NCBI GenBank assembly: GCA_003990765.1
Contig: RBNJ01000029.1
Location: 1 to 49,928, forward strand
Source of the DNA: Jimgerdemannia flammicorona
Taxonomy: Eukaryota
Reading direction: 5' to 3'
Length of the DNA: 49,928 nucleotides
The notes under the pieces: model-generated
The model's database searches: none
What the model was told of the DNA's origin: nothing
Seen by the model: only the letters and a program-made list of their open reading frames with translations
Position numbers and translations under genes: made by a program
Part shown: one piece after another, positions 23,270 through 36,360 of the stretch
Layout: each line of letters starts with the position of its first letter
Position numbering within the stretch: the stretch's first letter is position 1

Positions 23270-26200
23270 ATGGATTCTGGAGCTATGCAATATATAATAC
23301 TATACAGGAAATGGTTCTCTATATATAAGCCTTTTAAATATCCTATATCTATCAAATTAGGAGACAATAATGTTATCTATGCTCAAGAAAAGAGAAATGT
23401 CTGGATATATCTCTATGACAATATTGTCAAATCCACCAGTATCTTCCTAGATATACTATATACTCCAGAAATTAATAAAAATCTCTTTTCAATAGGAAAG
23501 ATGATATTACATAGTAATAAAGAAATATATATATATATAAAGAGTACAACAGTATATAATTTATATAATAATAAAGTGATGATAGCTTCAAAACATTAAT
23601 CTTTATATAATCATTAGGATGCTGAATAGTATGAAAGCCTCTATATATACGATAAATATATATTCAATATATTCAATATATAGTATCAATGCTTGGAACA
23701 TATTAGCAAATCAAGCCTTGAAAGGATGATCTAAAGTGGCTCAGTAATTAGACTACTATCATATATATTTAGAAGATGACTTTTGCAAGATATGTATAGA
23801 AAATAAGACATATAGACAACTATTTAAGAAATGGTTAAAATATATATTTAGGATTCTTGACCTTATACATATAAATATTTGCAGGCTGATATATATGCCA
23901 TTATACTCTAGGAAAAAGTATTTCATTACATTTATTGATAATTATACATACAAGATATATATATACTTCTATCAATAAAGAGCAAAGTACTGGCAAATTT
24001 CAAGGAATTCAAAGTAATTACTAAGAATGAAATAGACAAAGAATATATACTATATGATCAGATAACAGATATGAAGATATTAATGACATATTCAGATAAT
24101 TCCTGAAAAGGTATGGTATATAACATTAAATGATAGCTCCTTATACACCTTGGCAGAATGGTGTAGCTGAGTGATTTAACCATATGGTCATAGAAATGGC
24201 TTGTATGATGATCAATACAGCTGGACTGGGGTACTCTTATTGAGCTAAAGCTATCAATACAGTAATATATATATATAATCAATTTGTATCTTAAGTATTA
24301 AGTAAGAAAGCCAGCAACAGTAAGCATAAGGATAATGATCTCAGTTCTAAAGAATTATTGAGTTAATCTAAGCCCAATATATTGCATATATATATATTTA
24401 GATACAATATATATATTATCAATAAGAGCAATGTCAATTAGTATAAATTTAAGCCAAACCAGTAAGTATATGTTTCTTGAGTATTTCAGCAAGAATATAG
24501 GCTCTGGGATCCACATAAGTAGTGTACAGTCATTTCACATAATATACAATTTAGAGAAAAAGGAAATAAAGAATTTCATATAGATATATCAGTCAAGACC
24601 TCTATATACCAGCTATTACAAGTGTAACAACTATTGCCAATCTCTTTAGCTGTTAATCAAAATTATTTTCAACCATTATATATACCTGAGCCTAAGCCAA
24701 GAATAATGGAGATCAAAGATAAAGATGAATCCTCTAGTAATGAGAGATCCTCTACAAAGAGTAAGTAAAAGTATTCTAATGTCTGCTGAGAAATTCATTC
24801 CAAATTAGAAAGTTATTGGTACATGCCAGTAAGCTCTAGATAGTAATAAAGACAGAACTACATAAGCTATACTGAAGCTTACAAATAAGCATTATTACAA
24901 CTTCCAGCAAGCCAAATATATATGATAAAATAATGCAATCTCCAGATAGCAAAAAATAGAAATATACAATAGATGAGGAATATAATTTACTCATTGAGAA
25001 TAATATATAGGATCTTATATCCCTTCTACCAAATGGCTATACAATTGGATTAAAGTAGATCTATAGAATCAAGTATAATATTGATGGAGGTGTAAAGTAA
25101 TTTAAAGCTCATTTTATTACTAAGAGATACTCATAGAATTATAGTATTGATTATGATGAGACATTTTTATCAGTATTCAAGCTTACTTTGCTTACAATAC
25201 TCCTTATGATCAGTATATTATATGATCTGAAAATCCATTAAATGGATGTCAAGATAGTATTTCTGAATAGTGATATAGATAATAAACTATATATCTGTCA
25301 ACCACAAGGATATGAACTCTATGATAATGATAAAAATGAGCTTGTATATAAATTACATAAGAGATTATATAGTATCAAATAAGCAGCATAATTATGGAAT
25401 AAAAGGATAGATAAACATCTCTTTGATGATAGATTCACCTACTGTAAAGCAGATAATTATATATATATCCAGTACTATATAGTCTTTATCAGTATTTGAA
25501 TTGATAATATAATCATATTACCAGCAAGAATAGGCTTAACAATGTCAAAGAAGCCCTATACTTAGAGTTCAAAATGACAGACATGAGTAATATATCCTTT
25601 CTTTTGGGATTATCTATCATATATATATAATGGAAATATATGTACTATATATCTCTCACAAGCAACTTATGCTCAAACAATCCTCAAATATTTCAATACA
25701 AATGAATTTAAGTCTGTTGGCACTCTTATGGATACTTCTGTAAAGTTAAGAAAGCCAAATACTATGTCTGAGGATAATGACAATATGCTAACCAAAAACA
25801 GTACCAAAAACAAATTCTATCAGCAAGTGGTTGGTTCTCTTATCTATCTCATACCAGGAATGAGGCCCAATATATCATATACTATAAATAAGAGAGTACA
25901 GTATTCCTCCTACTATAATAATTTGCATTAGAGTACTATTAAGAGAATCAGATATATTAAGAGTATAGTATACTATATACTTAATTGAGTAATAGTGATA
26001 GTGAGAGAAATAATAAGAAAAATAGCATTCAACTATCTGGTATATGTGATGCCAATTGGGGAGGTGATCTTGGTAACTGCCAATCTATGACAGAGTATCT
26101 CTTTTACATTGGCAAAAGGTCCATCATCTTATGGCAAATGTGCAAGCTAGCAGTTTTGACAATATTATCAATATAGGCAGAATACCAGATATTGTCAATA

Positions 26201-29200
26201 GTAATAAAAGAAACCATATAGCTTTATGAACTGTTAAAATAACTTGAATTTGCTCAAAAATGGAGCACTATACTATACTAGGATAATTAGTCTATAATTG
26301 TACTTGCTGAGAATTCAGTATATCATAGTAGAATGAAATATATTAATATATAATTTATTGTATATAGGAATGTATAGAAAATAATACTATATATTTGGAA
26401 TATATCCCCACAGAGTACATGATCACTAATTCACTTATGAAAGCCCTTCTAAAGCCAGAGTTTAAGCAATGCATTAAAGGAATTAATCTAATGAGCAATT
26501 TACTAGTATTTGGAGGATTTGGAGACACCATTAGAGATATTTTTCAAGCTGCAAAAAGCCTTCCTTACTGTATTATATATTACATATACATATATGTATT
26601 TTTTTACGTTCTTACTATATCTATTATTAAGATTGGATTTTTGTGGATATTTCAGATTTTTTAGATATATTTTGAAATACTTTTCAACCTGCAAAATTTT
26701 CTTAGATATAGGATTGTATATTAGTTTTTTAAGTTATATGTAGTTCTCATTTTTGTATATATTATATTGTTTTTTACTCTAGTTTGCATTCCTTTTTTTA
26801 GTTACTTATCTCATTAAGCAGGAGTATTGGAATAGTAAATTAACTAAGCTTTGCTTTGGTCTGGACCATTTCAGAGTAGGTTTCTGCTATTCTGAAAGCA
26901 TTGGTATACTTTATTTTATCTTAAACAAGATCTTATATTGGAAATTTCATTTGTCTAAGACATATGTATGAGACATTTCATGTAAAACATTATAATAAAA
27001 AGAATCTCGACTCCCATAGAGTCCCTTAGTCATTTTGAAAGCTTAGTAGTTCACCTCTACTTGTAACTACAAAAAACCCCTTTACTATATAACTATGAGT
27101 AATGAACAACTTCAACAACAATAATAGGCTGCTCTGGCAAACATGCTGAGTTCCTTAGATAAGTCACTAAGACTGTTTCAATCAGCCTCTGCCCTCCTCC
27201 ACCAGATTTAGTAGTTATGGACTACTGCAAATAACAGTATCTCATTGATGCCCTCTCTCTCCAGAGATCTTATAATTACAACTACACAGCAATTAGGACT
27301 AACAACCATCCTGATAGTATGGACCTCTATAGTGATACTAATAGTAGTGATAAGGAATTCATCACTGCTGCAAAATCTCAGTCTATTGGATGCTATTATG
27401 TATCTTCTACTTTTATAGATACTGTCCCCCTAGAATGTATTGAAGCTTACCTCACTACTGTCAGTTTCAAGAAACTTCTCTATTGAAACCCCAAACCCAA
27501 ATGAGATATTCTTCATTCACTCTCTATTGATGAAGCCTTCACTGATGATTTCAGCAAGTCTACCAAAGAAGCAGACAAGGTTCTTACTGACACCTATTGG
27601 GTAATTTACAACACTCTTCACTCCATCACTATCACTCTCCAGGCCCTCAAACTCTACTCCAATAGTACCAACCCCCACCACTATAGCTTGTTCTACAATA
27701 TTGTCATTTTCTCCCTGATGTAAAAGCTGCAAGACTCTCTCTGGATCAGTTTCCATGAAGCTGAATAAATCTAGATCTACCAATATATTGAACTAGCAAA
27801 ATTCACTAGATGGTCACCCACTCTTATCTTCATCTGCTATACTATAGTATCTGATTCTGAATATGATGTAACTTATTTGGTACTAAGTTCACATGCTATT
27901 TCTATAATGATGCCAAGCCCTTCCCATCATCAAGTAATCCTCTAAGCAATAAGGCAATACTCTTCTATCTTATGGATACAGTAGCCAGAGCTGGGGAAAT
28001 GGATCATAGGGTGGTTCTCACTCTGACTTCTGCAACTCTCAACAACTGAGTCCTAGGAACTATACTCTGAGTATGAACAGTGAAGGAGATCCCCCATACC
28101 AAACTCCAACCTCAGGAAATAGCACATCAACACCTGCTACCTACCTCTAAAGGATTTTACAATATATTATACTATTGCCCCCAAGACCCCAAACATTATT
28201 TCCAATGTTGGGGTATGACTAGCTCTGATCCCTGAGGCCATTTGGACATCTCTGGGGATCAACTACTGAGCCATTGACACAGTATATGGCAGGAACCACA
28301 TCAATTAATAGAGCCCCCCAACACTCCTTCAGACCAAACTCCAGTTCTTCTATGAGAGGAATATATCAATAATGCAGAAGATCTTGGTAGATACTGCAAT
28401 AGCTAAATTCCAAAATAAGGTAGTCATCTACTCTGCTTATGTTGTGGAACCACTCTTTCTCTCCAACATCTTCATGATCCCCCAGATTAACAAAAACTGC
28501 ATCTGTCTCAATACATATCTACTGAATGAGTTCATTAAGTGATTATACTTCAAGATAGAAGATATTCATACTCTTTGCCCTATGGTCTGGCCAGGTGACC
28601 ACCTAGTCAATATAAATATCAAGAATGCTTACCTTTACATCCTCCTAAATCCTGATGACCAATGTCTTCTGACTTTTCAGTAGTGAGAGATCAACTGAAA
28701 GTTCTGTGCCATACTGTTCGGCCAGCCATCTGCTCAACACATTTGGACAAAGTTGATGGCAGTGATATTGGTCCCTTTCTGAGCTTAGGGCATTCACTGA
28801 CTTACTATATTGATGATATATACCTCCGGAAGCCACTAAGAGTGAAGTACTCTGCTATAAGCAGATAGTTTGTAACCATCTGAAAACATTGGATTTCCTT
28901 CTTTATCCTACCAAATATATATGAGAACCTATATAACAACAGATGTTCCTGGGTTTTCTGATTGACACCATCAAGATGGAACTCTGCTTACCCAAAGATA
29001 AGATATACTAGATTTGCAGAGAGACCATATTTCTCCTTTAATAGACAGCTATGATCCCTATCCACAAGGTGGCTTCAGTGATAGGTCTTTGCAATTCTAT
29101 GACTCAGGTAGTTTTCCAGTCCATTTTGGAGTCTGTTCTCTGATCTGGGACATCTAGGCCTTCCTTAATGCCAACAATTACAACTGGAATAGCCTTATGC

Positions 29201-29523
29201 TGATCTCTCCCAATGCTCAGGAGGACCTTCACTAGTGGTCCCATGAACTTTTAGGATAGAACAGACAGTCTCTACTTGCTGAAAAACCAGAGGTTATCAT
29301 TGATATCAATGTCAGCAACTTGGGCTGGAGTTTTGAGATCACTGTCTCCTCAATGGTCTCTATAATACTATAAGCTTCAGGAATCTGGACTTTAGTGGAA
29401 CAGGACCTCTCCATCAACTACTGGAAACTCAAGGCAGTCTACTTTACCCTTTGGATCACTGAAGGATACTGAGAGGACCATATGGTCCTCATATGGATGA
29501 ATAATATAACTATACAGGCCTTC

Positions 29524-29770
29524 AATGAGTGGGCTCACTCGAGACCACAGGTCAATGAATACAGGAAGGTCTTGGGCATATAGTGCCCAAAATGTTTCAA
29601 CGCTGTTATTTGTAAGGCATTTCTAAATCAGGCATAGTCTTTCCTTTTTTGGTACTAGTGTGGTATGCACATTACTTCTATATGTAATTCTATCATTCAC
29701 CCAACATTACTTCATACATGCTTTACACTTATACTTTTGCGCTTCTGTACATTTGTATGCATTTCATTAC
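29524..29770 (+). repeat. Ngaro split direct repeat A1
   Basis: Direct repeat of 34712-34958. Confidence 0.92.
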
Positions 29771-29776
29771 ATTACC

Positions 29777-31228
29777 ATGGTCCTCTCTGCAAATTCCTGC
29801 CTTTTGTGTCGATATGACCCTTTCCATATATCGAAGAGCCAACACGACCTGGGCTCTACCACCTGCCCTTTCCACTCGGATGTTAATTTTATCGAGGGTG
29901 TGCTCCGCTTTCTGCAAGATGACCTGGAATCTGATAGCGAGAACTCTGATGTTGCTATCCTCATGGATTATCTCGCTACTCTCCCTGATCACTCTACTTC
30001 TGCACCCCACTGAATCACGTGTCTATTGGCATGTGCCACATCCAAGGCTCCCGCTAGCGCTACGGCGGCTGGACCAGTTTTTTTCAGCACACCGGCCTCT
30101 GATGTTTCCATTGAAGCCAGTCTTTCTCAGCTCCAAGAGCATGCATCCATGCAAGACCATCGGTTCAACAAACTTTTTCAGCTTTTACACTCTTGCCCCG
30201 ACATCATACCTTCGGCAGCACCGGCTAGTGCAGTTCCTGCCATTTCTGGTCAGGACACGTCTCCCATCATCGATCAAGCCTTTATCAATCATACTACTAC
30301 CTCTCTTTCAGCAGTTCTTGCATCCCTATCCTTATCCCAGCCCTTACTGACTATCTCTTTGGTTTGGTCCACCAGCATTCACGGCCCTGCCAGTAATCCC
30401 CAGGGTGAGTCTATCCCTATACCTCCTTCTGTCATCTCTGCTCGTACTATTGTCTGAGGCATCAATCTCTCTTTAAAATATGCCCATGTTAATCAACAGC
30501 TGTTGGCTGCAGTCGTCAACAATTCATTCACTGCCGTGTCGCTTGACCGTTTCTTGGAGTGAAACATCATTTCTATCGGTGGTCTTCCTGATGCTCAATT
30601 CATTGAAACATTTCATGAATCAGGTGCTCGGATCATTCTTCGAAAGCTGCCATCCCTTATCAAAGATCTTCCGGATGTCCCTGCTTTTCTCGCCACCTTG
30701 CTTATGTATTTCAGCATTCTTCATGACACATACCTGGGCCTCACCGATCCTACTCCATTCTTTTCATATGCCGCGGATTTTATTTTACTATCAACGTCAT
30801 TGTATTGGTCTGCACTTCTTGATTATCATGTCTCCTTTCACACAAAATGACTGGCGGAGATCGCGAATGATGGTGTTTCTTTGGTATGATGCAAGCACTG
30901 GGCCTGGCATGACCCCGACCTCTTTATGATCCTTAGTCTACATCAACGTCCACGAACTCCGACCTCTACATCTAATCCGCTTAAGCCCTTCAAGTCTTGC
31001 AACATACAATGGGGGCTACATCTTACTGATGGCTCCTCTGCTCTATCTACCGAGAATGCCTCTCAACGGTCTACTTGTCAGGCATACAACGGCATTCTAT
31101 TCAATGTATCACCCATGAAGGATCCTGGGTGCAACAGAAAAAGATGCCCTTATGTGCATTCCTGTTCTCGCTGCAATGGTGATCATCTGTGGTATCAATG
31201 CTCCCACAATCCATCGGCTCGCCCCTAG
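29777..31228 (+). pseudogene. Ngaro gag-like ORF1 with Cys/His finger
   Basis: ATG just after A1; C-terminal CNRKRCPYVHSCSRCNGDHLWYQC; several in-frame stops. Confidence 0.8.
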
Positions 31229-31229
31229 G

Positions 31230-32900
31230 AACTTGCCCCCATTTATTCTTTACACATACCTCTGGCCACTCCAAATACCCTACTCTGTTGCCCATTTACC
31301 ACCCCTCTTAATGAAGCTGCTCAAGATATTCTACATCGTTTTCCTCTTCCTTCTTCTGCTCTTCGCCCTGTCGCATGGGCGTATGAGCTCCAGTTGTATC
31401 CTGACCCACAGGTAGCTCAGGCTGCCATCGCCGCTATTACTCAAGGCGCTCTTCTTGGCTTTGATGGGCCTCGTCGTTGCCTGCTGTCCTACAATCATCG
31501 CTCTGCTCTTAACCACCCAGAAGTGATCATGTCTGACATTGAGTGGGAAGTTGCCGCCGGTAGAATTTGTGGCCTGTTCTTATCTCCTCCGTTCGAATGC
31601 TTTCGCTCATCTCCTCTCAGTGCCGTCATGAAGAAGAATTCTAATAGCGCATGGTGTCATATTCATGACCTTTCTTGGCCCCGTCATGGCGATTCGGTGA
31701 ATGCCGGCATAGATACTGACGCCTTCTAGTTCTCTTACATTAAGTTCGACGAGGGTTGGACTTGGTTCGTGATTTTGACCAGGGATGTCTTCTATCGAAG
31801 ATCAACCTCGTCGATACATATCGTCATATTCTCATCCATCCTACGGATTGGGAGTTGCTGGGTTTCGAGTGCTCAGGGCAGTTTTATTTCGATCGGTTCA
31901 CTCCTTTTGGTGCATCCTCATCACCATTTCTTTTCAACCTTTTCGTGGAACTTCTCATATGGATCGCCCACCATCATGACATATGCATGCTCATCCACTA
32001 TGTCGACGATTTTCTCCTCATTTTGCTGCCATTACAGCCATTTGCCCTCTCTGACCTATGTTTACTTCTTGCCATCTGTTGTCATCTCGGCTGGTTGATT
32101 CAAGAGCACAAGGTCGAAGGCCTGACAATGTCACTTGTCTTTCTGGGCATCGAATTGGATACAATGGCTATAGAAGCCCATCTGCCTCTCGGCAAGCTTG
32201 ACACATTGCTCGCCACTCTTCAGCAGTAGCTATCATGCACGTTATGTACATGCCCTCAACTGCAGTCTCTTATTGGTTCCTTGGCATTTGCCTGTAAAAT
32301 CATTCCACTGGGCTGCCCATTCCTGTGGCGGTTTATCGACCTTCTTTCTGGCAATACCTCATTCCATGTCTCACTGAATGAGGAATTCTATGCCAACATT
32401 CGTTGGTGGCTCGAATTCCTACCCCACTGGAATGGTATTTCCGTTATACATCTGGTGGCATGGTTCCATGAGCCTGATGCACAATTATGGATGGACGCCA
32501 GCAGGATCCAAGGCTTTGGTGCACATTTCAATAGCGAATGGTTTTCCGCTCCCTAGCCTCCCGATATAGTCTCATGCGACATTCAGTTCAAGGAACTTTA
32601 TGCTGTGGTCGCTGCTGCTGCTACCTGGGGTGCTCAATGGCATTTTCACTGTATATTGCTTCATTCTGATAATCAGGCAGTCATTGCTATTATCAACTCA
32701 GGCTCTTCACGCAACCCTCTTCTGCTAGAACTTCTCCACCAGCTCTATTTTCAAATGGCGCATCACACTTTTCAACTTCACGCCATATTCATCTCAACAT
32801 CCGATAACAGCATTGCTGATGCTTTATCTTGCGCTGATCTTCCTCATTTCTGTCATCTTGCCCCTTATGCTCAGATGCTCTCGAACACAATTGGTATCAT
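31230..32900 (+). pseudogene. Ngaro reverse transcriptase / RNase H
   Basis: FRSSPL, IHDLSWP..SVN, PFGASSSP, HYVDDFL, FLGIELDT, WMDAS..GFGA, KELYAV, HSDNQAV, NSIADALS. Confidence 0.92.
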
Positions 32901-32909
32901 TTGTATTCC

Positions 32910-33907
32910 ATGCTTCCACTTATTGTTGCCTTCTTTTTGTGGTTTGGACTGGCAAAATCAATGCACCCTCATACTCTTTAAGACAATGCAGCTTCCTCCT
33001 ATTCTGCAATCTCCATGGTGGTAATCATGCCTCTGGCGGGCCTTTGCCCACGTCCGAACTGGTGCTAATGTGGTGGGTCTGGAGCTTGGCCTTGCGACAG
33101 CTTCAACCATCCACAATCAAATGTTACCTCTTGGCCATTTGTTCTCTACACATTGACTCTGGCTTTACCGATCTGTTCATCAGTCTTCACCAACTTCCCC
33201 GAGTGATGTGTGGTGTGAAGTGGTAGCTAGGTGTATGCCCAACTTGACCTCGGCTTCCTATCACACTCAGTATTCTTCGCAGTCTTATCAGTCTGCTTCG
33301 GCTATCTGATTATGACAATCTGTATCTTGTGACTGTGATGTCACTTGCATATTTCAGTTTTCTTCACTCTGGCGAATTTACGTGGGACAGGTCTTTCGAT
33401 CCTGTTTCCCAGCTGTCCTGCGGCTCTGTGGTCTTTCAACCTAGCATTGCTGACCCTACCCATATTACGCTCACCCTGCCGGCCTCTAAAACAGACCCAT
33501 TTCGCCAGAGTGCATCACTTTTTATTGCCAAAACAGATCCCGCCACGCCATGCGTTGTATTCTTACTTTGCCTTCTTTATCTGGTGCACACAGCCCCACC
33601 TGACACCCCTCTGTTCCAGCGTTCCGCGAATCGATTGTTCTCTTGGGCCTATCTCATTAGTCGTCTTCATGTGTTACTTCCACGGAATGGTCTGAATCCA
33701 CTTCTTTATGCCGGGCATAGTTTTCAGATTGGTGCAACATCTGATGCCGCTGCGGCCGGTTTATCTGATTACGAGATTCAGATGTTGGATCAGTGGGAGA
33801 GCGTGGCGTTTAAAGGCTATATTCACATGCCTATTTCTCACATTCTCCACCTTCAGGCTTCGTTAACTCATAATACTTGTTCTGCTACTCATATTACTTG
33901 CGGTTAA
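32910..33907 (+). pseudogene. Ngaro tyrosine recombinase
   Basis: RLPITL, FLHSGEFT (normally R-S-G-E), SKTDPFR, YAGHSFQIGA, QWESVAFKGYI. Confidence 0.9.
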
Positions 33908-33931
33908 CGATTTCCCATTCCTCTTTTTCAA

Positions 33932-34297
33932 CTGCATAGTCCGTGACACCAGCTTATTCCAGGTCCCATGCAGCACATGACACCAGCCTTTATCTCTCCT
34001 CATTGGCCTTACATCACCATGCAGCTCGCAACACCAGTCTTTAATCCACCCACCTCAGCCTCTTGCCACCGTGTAGTTCACGATACCAATCTTTTCCAAC
34101 ATTGTGCGGCTCGTGACACCAGCCCTCCTTATTTTCGTTATCGCGCAGCTCGTGACACCAGCCTACTCGGACCCCCGTGCAACTCGCAACACCAGTTCTA
34201 TCCCTCGATCACTGGGCTCATTAAATCAGCTTCTTGGCTTTCACACGATTTGCAACACCTGCCCTCGGTTGTAACTGCGCAGCTCGTGACACCAGCC
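33932..34297 (+). repeat. Array of about ten 23-nt repeats (consensus YYGYGCAGCTCGTGACACCAGCC) with non-repeated spacers
   Basis: Copies start at about 33932, 33966, 34017, 34069, 34102, 34141, 34175, 34209 (degenerate), 34241 and 34275. Confidence 0.85.
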
Positions 34298-34478
34298 ATA
34301 TCATCGACATTGGGTGCAGCCTTTCTATTAAGCCTTCAGTGCCTTTCTATCTTCTACACCACTCACATTTCCATGTCCATAACCCCCCTTTTTACTTCAT
34401 TTGGGCTGAGTTCTTTCTTTCAGCACTGCCAACTCACACCGCTACACATTATCATTTCGCACATTTTACATATAACAT

Positions 34479-35225
34479 TTGGGCCAGTCTTTTATACCAT
34501 GTGTTTCCACCCAAATACAGAACAATCGATCATTTATTTGAGGTTTCTTTCCTAGGATTTCGGGGTGATGCATGGTCATTTCGGTGACATGGGGTTATTG
34601 GTGTTTTATCATGAAGATTGACATCACGTGAGTGTAGCATAGTTGATATTATGCAAAACATAGTATAGTTACGCCTCCCTAGCATAGATCAACATTACGG
34701 CAAAAACATTGAATGAGGGGGCTCGCTTGAGACCACAGGTCAATGAATGCAGGAAGGTCTTGGGCATATAGTGCCCAAAATGTTTCAATGCTGTTGTTTA
34801 TAAGGCATTTCTAAATCAGGTGTAGTCTTTCCTTTTGTGGTACTAGCGTGGTATGCACATTACTTCTATATGTAATTCTACCATTCACCCAATATTACTT
34901 TGTATGCGCTTTACACTTATGCTTTTGCGCTTCCGTACATTCGTACGCATTTCATTACCACCCACCTCACCCTACATATATATACATAGTGGTTGGGCCG
35001 GTCTTTTATACCATGTGTTTCCACCCAAATACAGAACAATCGATCATTTATTTGAGGTTTCTTTCCTAGGATTTTGGGGTGATGCATGGTCATTTCAGTG
35101 ATATGGCATTATTGGTGTTTTATCATAAAGATTGACATCACGTGAGCATAGTGTAGTTGATATTATGCAAAACGTAGTATAGTTACGCCTCCCTAGCATA
35201 GATCGACATTATGGCAAAAACATTG
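34479..35225 (+). repeat. Ngaro B1-A2-spacer-B2 terminal repeat block
   Basis: B1 34479-34711, A2 34712-34958, B2 34993-35225. Confidence 0.92.
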
Positions 35226-35681
35226 ATCAACAATAATAGAGCTCTCTCCACTACCATAATGAGATTGTGGCAGTAATCCACAGGATTTGCATGATGAGTA
35301 GGATCCACCTCTTTACTGAATATCTCCCTGGGACAGAAAACATGTGCACTGATTTTCTGAGTCACATCCACCCTAGCCTAGATAAGTAGCAGCTTCATTC
35401 CACAGTATTCAAATATCTATACCAATGGGGCCCCATCTATCTGGACCTCTTTGTCTCTTGAATAATGACCCAGATACTACTCTTTTTTAGCTAGAAAGCA
35501 GACCCCAATGCCTAGGGGATCAATGCCTCTCAACACCCATAGCTAATTTCAGGAGTATATATGAAACTCTCTTAGATTCTTCTCAACTACACTCAATCTC
35601 CAGATATTGTGACATAGTGCTTTCAGCTTGCAGACTCATCTAGGTCAGTATTCAGACATCCTCCTACAAGAACTATAAGTC

Positions 35682-35683
<2 letters not shown>

Positions 35684-35720
<37 letters not shown>

Positions 35721-36360
35721 GTCTCTCAGACTTCTTTATTATCAAATCTATCTATCTTTAATAGAATATAGTGATCTCACTCTCAACCAATTCCCTTCTG
35801 GGGATCACTCTCTATCTCTTTATATGTAATAAAAGATTATCTAATTATTAACTATTACTACTCTCTCTCTACTCTACTTACAAATCTCCTCTATAAGATA
35901 GTAGTAATAATTTCCTTAGGGGCTCTACCCCATCTACCAGCCAGATATAACCTCTCTCAATAATTCTTCTCACTTTACTAAATACTCCTCTAAGCTTATC
36001 TATCTTCTCTCCTTAAATATATAACCAGTATTCAGCTAGCCCCACTCATACTACCAAGATCTACTTAACTATAAGCTACTTATTATCAATACAATCTACT
36101 AATTGCTCTTTTAAATCATTTCACCAATCTCTCTCACCAATCTCTCTCCTTACTACTTCTAGATAAGATTCAACTACTATTTAGAAGTCTCTAAGAATCT
36201 TATACTCACTTAGTCAATATTCAGATATATATACAAAACCTCTCTCCTATCTTATATCATAATATTCCTTATAGTCAAAGCACCTACTATCTACTAGGTA
36301 ATCTGACTAAAAGTTCAATATAACATTCTTTTGCAATAAGTATTACTATACTACCTAGAC
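35684..36360 (-). mobile_element. Decayed LINE 3' end with poly(A) tail
   Basis: T-run 35684-35717 then atagtc; colinear with 40124-40770. Confidence 0.8.

Larger units (their letters stand above)
20738..26842 (+). mobile_element. Ty1/copia copy 2 (same family, degenerate; 3' LTR cut after about 19 bp by DIRS-2)
   Basis: 5' LTR, PBS ggttataagctc, colinear with copia-1 throughout, decayed PPT ttaagcaggag followed by tattggaatag at 26825. Confidence 0.9.
29524..35225 (+). mobile_element. Ngaro-type YR retrotransposon with split direct repeats (A1-gag-RT/RH-YR-B1-A2-B2), structurally complete
   Basis: A1 29524-29770 matches A2 34712-34958; B1 34479-34711 matches B2 34993-35225; the host DIRS rejoins exactly (gccttc|atcaac). 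Confidence 0.94.
26843..35683 (+). mobile_element. DIRS1-type copy 2 (more decayed; split by Ngaro; truncated at the start of YR)
   Basis: Starts actaagc..ggaccatttcagag like 3104; colinear with 3104-6465; RT tactatattgatgat (YYIDD) near 28804. Confidence 0.9.

Noticed and set aside
33932-34297. True CRISPR array
   Set aside because: Eukaryotic retroelement context, no cas genes, and short variable spacers. Reported as a repeat array instead.
33968-34555. 195-aa ORF as an additional Ngaro gene
   Set aside because: It crosses the array in shifting frames and runs into terminal repeat B1; no recognisable domain.
34479-35225. Assembly duplication or an LTR pair
   Set aside because: The order A1..B1-A2-B2 and independent substitutions in each copy fit split direct repeats.
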